NCBI RefSeq assembly: GCF_964204645.1
Contig: NC_134034.1
Coordinates: 2,480,072 to 2,544,071, forward strand
DNA length: 64,000 nt
Reading direction: 5' to 3'
DNA from: Tubulanus polymorphus
Lineage: Eukaryota > Animalia > Nemertea
Position numbers and translations under genes: made by a program. Position 1 is the first letter of the stretch. Every line of letters starts with the position of its first letter. Below are positions 50,911-63,600 of the stretch, one piece after another. The notes beneath the pieces are model-generated. The model ran no database searches, was not told the origin of the DNA, and saw nothing but the letters and a program-made list of their open reading frames with translations.

Positions 50911-52756
50911 ACAAACTTACGAAAGATTCACGCGCATTCACGAAGGCGTCACCAAATGGGATCAGGGTCCAAACATTTCTTTCGTCAAATTATAATTCCT
51001 GTGCGTTTGCAAAGAGAAAAAATCGCAAGACGGATTTTTTGCCTCTGCTTCAGTTGCACTCGGAATGCATCTGAATGTGTTGTCTGTGCGTCCATCACCT
51101 TCGGCGATATCATCTGGCAAAGCTCAGCAATCGGCATTAATCTCCGTTCGAAATGCGGCTTCAAATGCAATTTTGATTTCAGAATTCGAAACGTAACATT
51201 GATAACGAATAAAGAGAGATAATTAGATATATTCTACTTATAGCACTGTACACGATAAACCGGTTGTAGTCACGTACTATTAAAAGTAAACACATTTTGG
51301 TCACAAATCTATTTTGTTCTCTCGTGGTTTCTATGGGTCTTGAAATATTTCGTCAATCTCAGAATGTCAGGATACAAACAAACGGAAAAATTCTTTTTTT
51401 CACAATGGCTTGGCTCAATTGAAGAGGTTCATCAATGGACTGGTTAGGTAAAAATTTGCCGTTGGCTAAAAATTTTATACTAACCTCGTTAAGAGAGAGC
51501 GAGGGAGCTGTTGCAGAAGTATTAACCTTCATGGGATGCAAATATGATCTACCGAAAGTGGGAATTTGACGATTTCTTTACAGGTGAAATAAAGGCAGAA
51601 CCAATGTGCTTGTATATGTATAGGCCTATTTTTACTGAAGGAAACCGCAAAAGTGTTGACCAGAAGTTATTGTTATGTAGAATTCCGAGATAATAAGTCT
51701 ATACATGAAAATAACACAAAATTCGTCATATTTAAGTCGAAATTCAACATGAAAATTAAACTCAAAATTCGACATAATAAGTCGAACTTTGACATAATAA
51801 TTCGAATTTCGACTTAATAATTCAAATTTCGAGTTAATAAGTCGAAATTCGACGTAATAAGTCGAAATTGTGAAAAAATTATCTTGTATGTCACCTATAG
51901 GCTTCCGTACGTAATGGACCCATTGCGTAGAAATTTTCATATCTTTCTTTTTAAGTGCTTTACTGCGGATTCGACGACGACTATTGTGGACCAATGAAAT
52001 ATTCCTAAGATGGTAATGATAAGGACGTTTCCAGTTACCAGGCGCCATTTTGAGGCGGTCCCACAGGTCCCGCATTGTTGGACTGATTCTGACATTTTTT
52101 AAACTAAAACCTTTAGCGCGATCAATTATAATCCATCCCTCTTTTGGCACAAAATTTAAACTTATGAATTTTTAGAAAGGTGACAATTTCTATTTTCTGA
52201 TTGTGTTTATTCCATTTTCTCGGCTGAAACAATCGAACACAGTTACGGTTTAAAAAAGATACGCCACTTATAACGAGGCGCCTCAAAAAATTGGTAATTC
52301 TGTGTCATTGCCTGTAACTTTTTCAATTTTTTGAGATATAATTTAGAATTTTTCACTGAAGATTTAGTTTTATCTGGGAATTCTGTTGATACTGCATTCG
52401 TAAAAATATTTTTTGGAAATTTTCAAAATCTCAAAGATTCCCTATTGAGTAAACGTTGGTCACTTGGATAATTAAGAGCCAAACATAACGCCTAGATTTC
52501 TAACAGGTTGCTGGGAGACTGGAACCTCGATACAATCGACAACTAATGATTCAATGCCAATTAACCATAGGCGTTGAAGTTTCCCGAACATCAGTTTTCT
52601 TTGGATTAGCTTTCAGGAAATCTTAGGAGTACGATGCGTTGACGGTTCTACTGTTTCAATCTTGTTACGCAAAGTCACAACATCGTCACAGGAGACAGAC
52701 GTTCCCGTGCAGCCGTCTGACGACAGACTCAGTGACGTCTGCGCTGTGATAATAAC

Positions 52757-53968
52757 ATGAATCAGTTGACTGTAGTTACCTCGCTGGAACCCGAGAACAA
52801 TTTCACCACAACCGTCACTTATACAACCACAACTCGCCGTCGATATTCGCTCGGAGATGCGTTCTATGGATTCCTTCGCTATACTAACAATGGAAACCAA
52901 TCCATCAGACTCTTGCTGTTGCATCCTATAGGAAATGTGTTCAATATTCTGACTGTAGTTTTATTGATACAATGTCGGAGATGTCAGTCGGTTCGTTACA
53001 CGTTCCCCTATCTGATTGCTCTCGCATGTTCTGATCAAACTGTTATCGTGTATCATTTGATTCGTGATTACGCCCGAATTATGATCGGATTCCTCTACAG
53101 AATTGGATTGAACAAATGTTATATATTTTACATGTCTTTCGCTGACGTCAGAAAACGATGTCCGTATATTTACTATTATTATTACTATTTTAAGTATATG
53201 CCTGAAAGGTTGGTTCCGTGGTGTTTCGTCAAGACTCTGCTCTACCGTCCAGCCGTTGCTGTATCAAACTACATAGTTTTAGTGATCGCTATCGAAAGAC
53301 TAGTTTCGATTTGTTTTCCTTTCTTTCACATGAAACACGTCACGGTTCAACGGCGTAAACTGGCGGTAGTTGCCGTGTCGTTATGGGCTTATCATGCAGT
53401 ACTTTGGCGCATTATTGTAAATAGTGATATTCGTCTTGAAGAACGTAAAAGATACAGACGCAATGAAACCATTCACGAATGGCGTTGTAAAAGTCGTAGA
53501 TTTGTCGCATATTCAGCTTATATATCTCACGCATTGGAATCTTTCGTTCCATTCTCTATTGAAATCATACCAGCTTTTGTCATAGTTGTATTATCAGTTA
53601 TTACTGATGTAACGCGTAGAAGATCTGACCGGAGAGAGATAAGGAAAACAGATCGCCATCGAACTTCAGCCAGTAAAACTCTTCTTGTCGTTGTTACGAT
53701 GTACACGGTGTTTGTTTTACCGACTACAATTTCTAGTTTCGTGTTTTGGTTAAACTCGTTGCTAATCATGATTTTCGTGAAGGTTGGCAAAACGTCCGCG
53801 TACCGGAACACGTTCTACGAATTAAATAAGGTGGGCGCTATAGAAGAAGCGTTTAAGATATTCCGGCAATCGGTTTACTGCACAAATTTTTTCATATACA
53901 TAGGAACCATTCCGATTTTCCGAAAGCGATTCATCAACTTAATTACCGCTTTGAAACGAGCAAAATGA
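52757..53968 (+). CDS. Single-coding-exon class A GPCR, FMRFamide/peptide-receptor-like (putative chemoreceptor), copy 1, 403 aa
   Basis: PIGNVFNILTVV (TM1), YLIALACSDQ (TM2), SNYIVLVIAIERLVSICFPF (TM3, DRY equivalent), EIIPAF (TM5), SKTLLVVVTMYTVFVLP (TM6), CTNFFIY...FRKRF (TM7 and helix 8). Confidence 0.88.
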   Translation: MNQLTVVTSLEPENNFTTTVTYTTTTRRRYSLGDAFYGFLRYTNNGNQSIRLLLLHPIGNVFNILTVVLLIQCRRCQSVRYTFPYLIALACSDQTVIVYHLIRDYARIMIGFLYRIGLNKCYIFYMSFADVRKRCPYIYYYYYYFKYMPERLVPWCFVKTLLYRPAVAVSNYIVLVIAIERLVSICFPFFHMKHVTVQRRKLAVVAVSLWAYHAVLWRIIVNSDIRLEERKRYRRNETIHEWRCKSRRFVAYSAYISHALESFVPFSIEIIPAFVIVVLSVITDVTRRRSDRREIRKTDRHRTSASKTLLVVVTMYTVFVLPTTISSFVFWLNSLLIMIFVKVGKTSAYRNTFYELNKVGAIEEAFKIFRQSVYCTNFFIYIGTIPIFRKRFINLITALKRAK

Positions 53969-55779
53969 AACCATAAAGAGCATTCAACAAAATTAGAATG
54001 CGATGAAAAGAGAAAATATCATTATAGCTGCAAAGCAGCGATAACGGGTCTTCTGCCTAGCAGCATCATTAATATGCAAACCGTTGGAAATTATAGATAT
54101 TAAGTATTGTTAATTGTAGGGGTTTCGAAGCCCATATAACCGGCACGTATAATATTAGGGGGGATCCAAAAATAGCGTCAAAAGATTTTACGGCAAAATG
54201 GAATATATTGAATTAAACTGACACCTAAACAAGTTTTAGTTGATAGTTTTCTCTTCATAAGCTTTCCAAAAAAATGGGTTTATTTCCGCCCTATGCATAT
54301 TATATGATACGCTTTATTTGGGGTACACCTCTGCCTGAATCGGACCCTAGATCCGCACCCGTATATCGCAATGAGACCCTATTATATAAGTTGACTGGAA
54401 TTGCAAAAATGAAAGTTCGTTTTCGCTAGGGCACAAAAACGAATCTTAAGGCGCAAAAACGAAAAATCATAGAGAAAAAACCAATATTTTCGAAAGTGGG
54501 AATTTGACGATTTCTTTACAGGAGAAATAAAGGCAGAACCAATGTGCTTGTATATGTATAAGACTATGTTTACTGAAGAAAACCGCAAAAGTGTTGACCC
54601 GAGTTATTTTTATGTCGAATTTCGAGATAATAAGTCTATACATGAAAATAACACAAAATTCGTCATATTTAAGTCGAAATTCAACATGAAAAGAAAACTC
54701 AAATTTCGACATTATAAGTCGAACTTTGACTTAATAAATCGAATTTCGACTTAATAATTCAAATTTCGAGTTAATAAGTCGAAATTCGACATAGTATGTC
54801 GAAATTGTGAAAAAAAATTTCTTGTTTGTCACCTATAGGATTCCGTACGTAATGGACCCATTGCGTAGAAATGTTCGTATCTTTCTTTTTAAGTGTTTTA
54901 CTGCGGATTCGACGACGACTATTGTGGACCAACGAAATATTCCTAAGATGGTAATGATAAGGAAGTTTCCAGTTACCAGGCGCCGTTTTGAGGCGGTCCC
55001 ACAGGTCCCGCATTGTTGGACTGATTCTGACATTTTTTTAAACTAAAACCTCTAGCGCGATCAATTATAATCCATCCCTCTTTTGGCACAAAATTTAAAC
55101 TTATGAATTTTTAGAAAGGTGACAATTTCTATTTTCTGATTGTGTTTATTCCATTTTCTCGGCTGAAACAATCGAACACAGTTACGGTTTAAAAAAGATA
55201 CGCCACTTTTAACAAGGCGCCTCAAAAAATTGGTAATTCTGTGTCATTGCCTGTAACTTTTTCAATTTTTTGAGATATAATTTAGAATTTTTCACTGAAG
55301 ATTTAGTTTTATCTGGGAATTCTGTTGATACTGCATTCGTAAAAATATTTTCTTAGAAACGCGCGTGGCCACCGGTTGAGTCAATCGCAAAGCGCACGCG
55401 AGGGGTTGACCGTCGATTTTCTACATGCGCCATTTTCATGGACATTTTCAAAATCTTAAAGATTCCCTATTGAGTTAACGTTGGTCACTTGGATAATTAA
55501 GAGCCAAACATAACGCCTAGATTTCTAACAGGTTGCTGGGAGACTGGAACCTCGATACAATCGACAACTATTGATTCAATGCCAATTACCCATAGGCGTT
55601 GAAGTTTCCCGAACATCAGTTTTCTTTGGATTAGCTTTCAGGAAATCTTAGGAGTACGATGCGTTGACGGTTCTACTGTTTCAATCTTGTTACGCACAGC
55701 CACACCATCGTCACAGGAGACAGACGTTCCCGTGCAGCCGTCTGACGACAGACTCAGTGACGTCCGCGCTGATAATAAC

Positions 55780-56991
55780 ATGAATCAGTTGACTGTAGTT
55801 ACCTCGCTGGAACCCGAGAACAATTTCACCACAACCGTCACTTATACAACCACAACTCGCCGTCGATATTCGCTCGGAGATGCGTTCTATGGATTCCTTC
55901 GCTATACTAACAATGGAAACCAATCCATCAGACTCTTGCTGCTGTTTCCAATCGGAAATATTCTCAATATTCTGACTGTAGTTTTATTGATACAATGTCG
56001 GAGATGTCAGTCGGTTCGTTACACGTTCCCCTATCTGATTGCTCTCGCATGTTCTGATCAAACTGTTGTCGTGTATCATTTGATTCGTGATTACGCCCGA
56101 ATTATGATCGGATTCCTCTACAGAATTGGATTGAACAAGTGTTTTATGGATCGTATGTCTTTCGCTGACGTCAGAAAACGATGTCCGTATATTTACTATT
56201 ATTATTACTATTTTGAGTATATGCCTAAAAGGTTGCTCCCGTGGTGTTTCCTCATGAATCTGATCTACCGTCCAGCCGTTGCTGTATCAAACTACATAGT
56301 TTTAGTGATCGCTATCGAAAGACTAGTTTCGATTCGTTTTCCTTTCTTTCACATGAAACACGTCACGGTTCAACGGCGTAAACTGGCGGTAGTTGCCGTG
56401 TCGTTATGGGCTTATCATGCAGTACTTTTTCGCTTTATTCTATCCAGTGATATTCGTCTTGAAGAACGTAAAAGATACAGACACAATGAAACCATTCACG
56501 AATGGAAATGTAAAAGTCGAAGTATTCGCGACAGTACAGGCTATATGACTAACGCACTTAACTCTCTCATTCCTCTCGCTAATGAAATCTTTCCATCTTT
56601 TGTCATAGTTATATTATCAGTTTTAACTGATTTAACGCGTAGAAGATCTGACCGGACAGCGATGAGGAAAACAGATCGCCATCGATCTTCAGCCAGTAAA
56701 ACTCTTTTTGTCGTTGTTACGATATACGCGGTGTTTGTTTTACCGAGTACAATTTGTAGTTTCGTGTATACTAGTATTTCGTTGCTACTCATGATTTTCA
56801 CGAAGGTTGGCAAATTGTCCGCGTACCGGAACACGATCTACGAGTTATTTAGGGTGGGCAATATAGAAGAAGCGTTAAAGATATTCCGGCAATCGGTTTA
56901 CTACACAAATTTTTTCATATACATCGGAACCATTCCGATTTTCCGAAAACGATTCATCAACTTAATTACCGCTTTAAAACGAGCGAAATGA
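55780..56991 (+). CDS. Single-coding-exon class A GPCR, copy 2, 403 aa
   Basis: Paralog of 52757-53968. ATG at 55780 is homologous to the other copies; the ORF-track start at 55687 is a TTG. Confidence 0.88.
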   Translation: MNQLTVVTSLEPENNFTTTVTYTTTTRRRYSLGDAFYGFLRYTNNGNQSIRLLLLFPIGNILNILTVVLLIQCRRCQSVRYTFPYLIALACSDQTVVVYHLIRDYARIMIGFLYRIGLNKCFMDRMSFADVRKRCPYIYYYYYYFEYMPKRLLPWCFLMNLIYRPAVAVSNYIVLVIAIERLVSIRFPFFHMKHVTVQRRKLAVVAVSLWAYHAVLFRFILSSDIRLEERKRYRHNETIHEWKCKSRSIRDSTGYMTNALNSLIPLANEIFPSFVIVILSVLTDLTRRRSDRTAMRKTDRHRSSASKTLFVVVTIYAVFVLPSTICSFVYTSISLLLMIFTKVGKLSAYRNTIYELFRVGNIEEALKIFRQSVYYTNFFIYIGTIPIFRKRFINLITALKRAK

Positions 56992-58801
56992 AACCATAAA
57001 GAGCATTCAACAAAATTAGAATGCGATGAAAAGAGAAAATATCATTATAGCTGCAAAGCAGCGATAACGGGTCTTCTGCCTAGCAGCATCATTAACATGC
57101 AAACCGTTGGAAATTATAGATATTAAGTATTGTTAATTGTAGGGGTTTCGAACCCGATATAACCGGCACGTATAATATTAGGGCGGATCCAAAAATAGCG
57201 TCAAAAGATTTTACGGCAAAATGGAATATATTGAACTGACACCTAAACAAGTTTTAGTTAAAAGGCTTTTTCTCTTCATAAGCTTTCTAAAAAATGGGTT
57301 TATTTCCGCCCTATGCATATTATATGATACGCTATATTTGGGGTGCACCTCTGCCTGAATCGGACCCTAGATCCGCACCCGTATATCGCAATGAGACCCT
57401 ATTATATAAGTTGACTGGAATTGCAAAAATGAAAGTTCGTTTTCGCTAGGGCACAAAAACGAATCTTATGGTGCAAAAACGAAAAATCATAGAGAAAAAA
57501 CCAATATTTTCGAAAGTGGGAATTTGACGATTTCTTTACAGGAGAAATAAAGGCAGAACCAATGTGCTTGTATATGTATAAGACTATGTTTACCGAAGAA
57601 AACCGCAAAAGTGTTGACCCGAGTTATTTTTATGTCGAATTTCGAGATAATAAGTCTATACATGAAAATAACACAAAATTCGTCATATTTAAGTCGAAAT
57701 TCAACATGAAAAGAAAACTCAAATTTCGACATTATAAGTCGAACTTTGACATAATAAATCGAATTTCGACTTAATAATTCAAATTTCGAGTTAATAAGTC
57801 GAAATTCGACATAGTATGTCGAAATTGTGAAAAAAATTTTCTTGTTTGTCACCTATAGGATTCCGTACGTAATGGACCCATTGCGTAGAAATGTTCGTAT
57901 CTTTCTTTTTAAGTGTTTTACTGCGGATTCGACGACGACTATTGTGGACCAACGAAATATTCCTAAGATGGTAATGATAAGGAAGTTTCCAGTTACCAGG
58001 CGCCATTTTGAGGCGGTCCCACAGGTCCCGCATTGTTGGACTGATTCTGACATTTTTTTAAACTAAAACCTTTAGCGCGATCAATTATAATCCATCCCTC
58101 TTTTGGCACAAAATTTAAACTTATGAATTTTTAGAAAGGTGACAATTTCTATTTTCTGATTGTGTTTATTCCATTTTCTCGGCTGAAACAATCGAACACA
58201 GTTACGGTTTAAAAAAGATACGCCACTTATAACAAGGCGCCTCAAAAAATTGGTAATTCTGTGTCATTGCCTGTAACTTTTTCAATTTTTTGAGATATAA
58301 TTTAGAATTTTTCACTGAAGATTTAGTTTTATCTGGGAATTCTGTTGATACTGCATTCGTAAAAATATTTTCTTAGAAACGCGCGTGGCCACCGGTTGAG
58401 TCAATCGCAAAGCGCACGCGAGGGGTTGACCGTCGATTTTCTACATGCGCCATTTTCATGGACATTTTCAAAATCTCAAAGATTCCCTATTGAGTAAACG
58501 TTGGTCATTTGGATAATTAAGAACCAAACGTAACGCCTAGATTTCTAACAGGTTGCTGGGAGACTGGAACCTCGATACAATCGACAACTATTGATTCAAT
58601 GCCAATTAACCATAGGCGTTGAAGTTTCCCGAACATCAGTTTTCTTTGGATTAGCTTTCAGGAAATCTTAGGAGTACGATGCGTTGACGGTTCTACTGTT
58701 TCAATCTTGTTACGCACAGCCACAACATCGTCACAGGAGACAGACGTTCCCGTGCAGCCGTCTGACGACAGACTCAGTGACGTCCGCGCTGTGATAATAA
58801 C

Positions 58802-60016
58802 ATGAATCAGTTGACTGTAGTTACCTCGCTGGAACCCGAGAACAATTTCACCACAACCGTCACTTATACAACCACAACTCGCCGTCGATATTCGCTCGGA
58901 GATGCGTTCTATGGATTCCTTCGCTATACTAACAATGGAAACCAATCCATCAGACTCTTGCTGCTGTTTCCAATCGGAAATATTCTCAATATTCTGACTG
59001 TAGTTTTATTGATACAATGTCGGAGATGTCAGTCGGTTCGTTACACGTTCCCCTATCTGATAACTATCGCGATCACTGATCAAACCGTTCTTATGTATCT
59101 TTTGATTCGTGATTACGCCCGAATTATGATCGGATTCCTCTACAGAATTGGATTGAACAAATGTTTTATATTTTACATGGCTTTCGCTGAAGTCAGAATA
59201 CGATGTCCGTATATTTACTTTTTTTATTACTATTTTGAGTATATGCCTGAAAGGTTGCTCCCGTGGTGTTTCGTCAAGACTTTGCTCTACCATCCAGCCG
59301 TTGCTGTATCAAACTACATAGTTTTAGTGATCGCTATCGAAAGACTAGTTTCGATTCGTTGTCCTTTCTTTCACATGAAACACGTCACGGTTCAACGGCG
59401 TAAACTGGCGGTAGTCACCGCGTCGTTGTGGGCTTATCATGCATTACTTAATCGCATTATTGTAAACAGTGATATTCGTCTTGAAGAACGTAAAAGATAC
59501 AGACGCAATGAAACCATTTACGAATGGAGTTGTAAAAGTCGTAGGTTTAGCGCATATTCGCCTTATATAACTAACGCATTTAATACTCTCATTCCTCTCG
59601 CTAATGAAATCATACCATCTTTTGTCATAGTTGTATTATCAGTTATTACTGATTTAACGCGTAAAAGAAGATCTGACCGGAGAGAGATGAGGAAAACAGA
59701 TCGCCATCGAACTTCAGCCAGTAAAACTCTTCTTGTCGTTGTTACGATGTACACGGTGTTTGTTTTACCGAGTACAATTTGTAGTTTCGTGTTTTGGTTA
59801 AACCCGTTGCTAATCATGATTTTCATGAGGGTTGGCAAACTATCCGCGTACCGGAACACGTTCTACGAAGTACATAAGGTGGGCATTATAGAAGAAGCGT
59901 TGAAGATATTCCGGCAATCGGTTTACTGCACAAATTTTTTCATATACATCGGAACCATTCCGATTTTCCGAAAACGATTCATCAACTTAATTACCGCTTT
60001 GAAACGAGCAAAATGA
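58802..60016 (+). CDS. Single-coding-exon class A GPCR, copy 3, 404 aa
   Basis: Paralog with the same motifs and an intact ORF. Confidence 0.88.
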   Translation: MNQLTVVTSLEPENNFTTTVTYTTTTRRRYSLGDAFYGFLRYTNNGNQSIRLLLLFPIGNILNILTVVLLIQCRRCQSVRYTFPYLITIAITDQTVLMYLLIRDYARIMIGFLYRIGLNKCFIFYMAFAEVRIRCPYIYFFYYYFEYMPERLLPWCFVKTLLYHPAVAVSNYIVLVIAIERLVSIRCPFFHMKHVTVQRRKLAVVTASLWAYHALLNRIIVNSDIRLEERKRYRRNETIYEWSCKSRRFSAYSPYITNAFNTLIPLANEIIPSFVIVVLSVITDLTRKRRSDRREMRKTDRHRTSASKTLLVVVTMYTVFVLPSTICSFVFWLNPLLIMIFMRVGKLSAYRNTFYEVHKVGIIEEALKIFRQSVYCTNFFIYIGTIPIFRKRFINLITALKRAK

Positions 60017-60648
60017 AACCATAAAGAGCATTCAACAAAATTAGAATGCGATGAAAAGAGAAAATATCATTATAGCTGCAAAGCAGCGATAACGGGCCTT
60101 CTGCCTAGCAGCATCATTAATATGCAAACCGTTGGAAATTATAGATATTAAGTATTGTTAATTGTAGGGGTTTCGAAGCCCATATAACCGGCACGTATAA
60201 TATTAGGGCGGATCCAAAAATAGCGTCAAAAGATTTTACGGCAAAATGGAATATATTGAACTGACACCTAAACAAGTTTTAGTTAAAAGGCTTTTTCTCT
60301 TCATAAGCTTTCCAAAAAATGGGTTTATTTCCGCCCTATGCATATTATATGATACGCTTTATTTGGGGTGCACCTCTGCCTGAATCGGACCCTAGATCCG
60401 CACCCGTATATCGCAATGAGACCCTATTATATAAGTTGACTGGAACTTTTTAGGCTAGGGCGCGAAAACGAATTTTATGGCGCAAAAACGAAAAATCACA
60501 GAGCAAAAACGAATATTTTCGTTTTTGCGCCCTTTTCTGGAGACAGCGGGGCTTCACCACACAAAAGTTGGTTTGAGTTGAGTTTCGTTCAGTGGAATTT
60601 CCCAAAGGCTGTATACCCAAACGATCCTGCAACGAAGGCTAGTCGATT

Positions 60649-63600
60649 GACAATGCCCTGTATTATTACAATTATACGCCGAAAATATGACTAATGAGAT
60701 TTAATGATGTGGGTTAATCCGATATAATGCAGTTGAAATGTGGCATATATACATATATATTTTGAGCAGTTTGATAAGGTAATTCGACTGGTTCGATATG
60801 GTTATTCGACTTGTAAATGTGATATATTTCAAACGGAATTTTTTAAATCGGATGATAAGCGGTGACAAATCGATTGCTGGGTTCACCATCATTTTCGTTT
60901 TTTGCGCGCGCCATTTTTTGAAACAATTTTTTGCTTGACGAGTACTCAGATTACGAGGAATACTTGCCCTTCCAGTTACAGAAGGAGGGGCATCTTCGTC
61001 ATTTTCAGTTGTCTGTAATTCTAAAGGATAAAGTTTTGACAAAGGGCGGTTTGTTACTCCGCTAGCAGTCCTCAACGAGCAGGACCGGACACGACCATCC
61101 TGTCCCCTGAACAATTCAACAATTACACCTAAACGCCAGCTGGTACGAGGACCCTCATCGTGTATCAAAACTACCGATCCCGTTTTAACTATTTCTCTGT
61201 TATCACCGACATTCCTATGAAATTCCCTAAGACCAGTTAGATATTCTGTACGCCAACGTTCCCAAAACTGACGTACTAACGACACAATAAAATTGTATCT
61301 GTTACTTAGTGAACGGCTATTGACAACAAATTCCGGGTCATTAATATCAGCATCACCTATCGGTAGAGAGGTGATGCGCCTCCCGCACATTAAATGAGAT
61401 GGAGTCAAAGGACCCAAATCGTTTATATCGCTCGATATATACATCAGTGGACGATCATTCAAGATCGCCTCTATTTCTGTAACCACAGTTACGAATTCAA
61501 CATAGGTCAAAAAAGAACGCCCTAGGATCTTTTTAATGCAACCCTTTGTAATACCTACGAGTCGCTCCCAGAACCCTCCCTGCCAAGGAGCTCTCTTAGA
61601 AATGAATTTCCAGTCCACATTGTGCGAGGACAGATAACGCCGAACTATCTCATTTTTGAAAATCTGCCGTAAATGTGTATTGGCACCAACGAACGTAGTG
61701 GCATTGTCGCTCAACATCAACTTTGGCAGGGAGCGTCTGGAAACAAACCTCCTGAAAGCAGAAAGAAAAGTTTCACTTTTGTTATCCGAAACAACTTCAA
61801 GGTGAATTGCGCGACTAACCGCGCACGTAAATAGGGCTATACACACTTTCCCGCCACCTTTCAAAATCATAGGCCCTAAATAATCGACCCCAGTATAATA
61901 AAAGGATGGCACTTCCTCCACTCGGCAATGAGGTAAATGAGGGGGGTCGGGTAGACGGTATGGTTTACCCTGATATTTCCTACAGACGATACAACGACGC
62001 ATAGCAGATTTAACATATTGTCTACACTGAGGTATCCAATAAGTCTCTCAAATTTTGGCAATAGTGGCATCTGTACCCAAATGAGCCACGTTGAAGTGAG
62101 CGTCTCGTGTTACCAAATATGCGAATCTGCTTAACTTCGGAATTAACATAGGATATTTACAATCGTAACTAAGAGGTGCGTTTTTCAAACGCCCTCTACA
62201 CCTGATTATTCCTTCCTTGTCCAAATATAATTGTAGTTGATTCACTACCGAAAATCGTTTCTTAGACGTACCAGATAACACCCGAATTATATCTTTACAA
62301 TATAAATTCTGACAGCTCTTAACCCACAGGATCTTTGCGCGGTCTATCTCGCATGATGATAATTCATCAAAATGCCGTGAACTCGATTTTGTTTTGAGGT
62401 TATGTACAAACCGTAATACGTATGCTGTAACCCGCAGAAGTCCTGTGAGGGAAGAATATGTCTCTATATCTACTACCTTCCCAACATCATAGTCAGAAAT
62501 AACTTCTGAAACATCAAAGGATACAGCATTAGATTCGACATGGTTGGTGTTTACGTGCATGATATTTCCGTCACACTTACTTACTACAGGACGATTGTTT
62601 TCATCGACCAGCCATGGCGGTCCCTTAAACCAGAAGGTGCTACATTGATTAAGTGTTTCACAAGTCACACCACGTGTAATAAGATCTGCAGGGTTTTCTT
62701 CAGATGGACAAAAACCCCAACAACCAATATCAATTAAACGATTTATTTCTGACCTTCGATTTTCTACGAATTGGGATACCTTTTTACCCGACCGTCCTGC
62801 TAACCACCCTAAAACAATCTGACTATCGGACCAGGCGAAAATATTCAATGGCCGACATAACGCAGGTTCAAGTGACTTTGCAACGTGAGATACAAGACGT
62901 GCTCCTATCACTGCAGCGCACAATTCTAATTGAGGAATTGATAATTTCTTAATAGGTGCCACACGAGATTTGGACATCAAAAAGGCGGATTGATCAACGC
63001 AACGGATATATGTTACTGCCCCGAAAGCCCGTGAACTACTGTCACAAAATACGTGAAGTTCTGGTTGGCCGGAAACCAACATGGCAGAATCAATTAGTTG
63101 ACGCGGAAATTCAAATGTAGACGCTTCTCGCATATCTTTTACTACAGAACTCCATCTACTACAAAGTTCGCTGGACAGACTATCGTCCCAATCCACAGAA
63201 AGTTTCCAAATGTCTTGCATTAGAATTTTCGATTGAACTGTAATTGGTGTAAGAAAACCGAACGGATCATAGACACTGGAAATATTACTGAGAATCAAAC
63301 GTTTAGTAATAGGTACTACACTGGAAAGGTTGTCATAAAGCAGTGTAAGACTGTCATGGTTGACATCCCACTTTATACCCAAAACTTTGACACTGTTTGA
63401 CCGTTCCAAAACAGCCTCCCTCCCAGCAGCTTCACGCAGATCTGAGCAAGTCGACGACCAACACCGTAGATTAAAGTTCGCACCCGCAAAAAGAGTGCGA
63501 GAAGCTGAATACAAATCAACACAACCAGAAATGCTGTCGACGCTAGTGACGATATTATCTACATAAAGATCGCGTAGAAGCTGCTGTGAAATACAACCAT

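Larger units (their letters stand above)
51550..60450 (+). repeat. Three tandem ~3.0-kb units, each holding one intronless GPCR and a repeat block of AAGTCGAAATTCGAC-like subunits
   Basis: Near-identical flanks recur at about 51550, 54490 and 57510; the downstream ends recur at about 54400, 57420 and 60445. Confidence 0.9.

Noticed and set aside
51632-52150. 172-aa minus-strand ORF and relatives at 54.4-55.0 and 57.4-58.1 kb
   Set aside because: Falls in a subrepeat-rich block; the frame is not conserved among the three near-identical copies.
55687-55779. N-terminal extension unique to GPCR copy 2
   Set aside because: Starts at TTG and depends on a 2-nt deletion relative to copies 1 and 3; the shared ATG is 55780.
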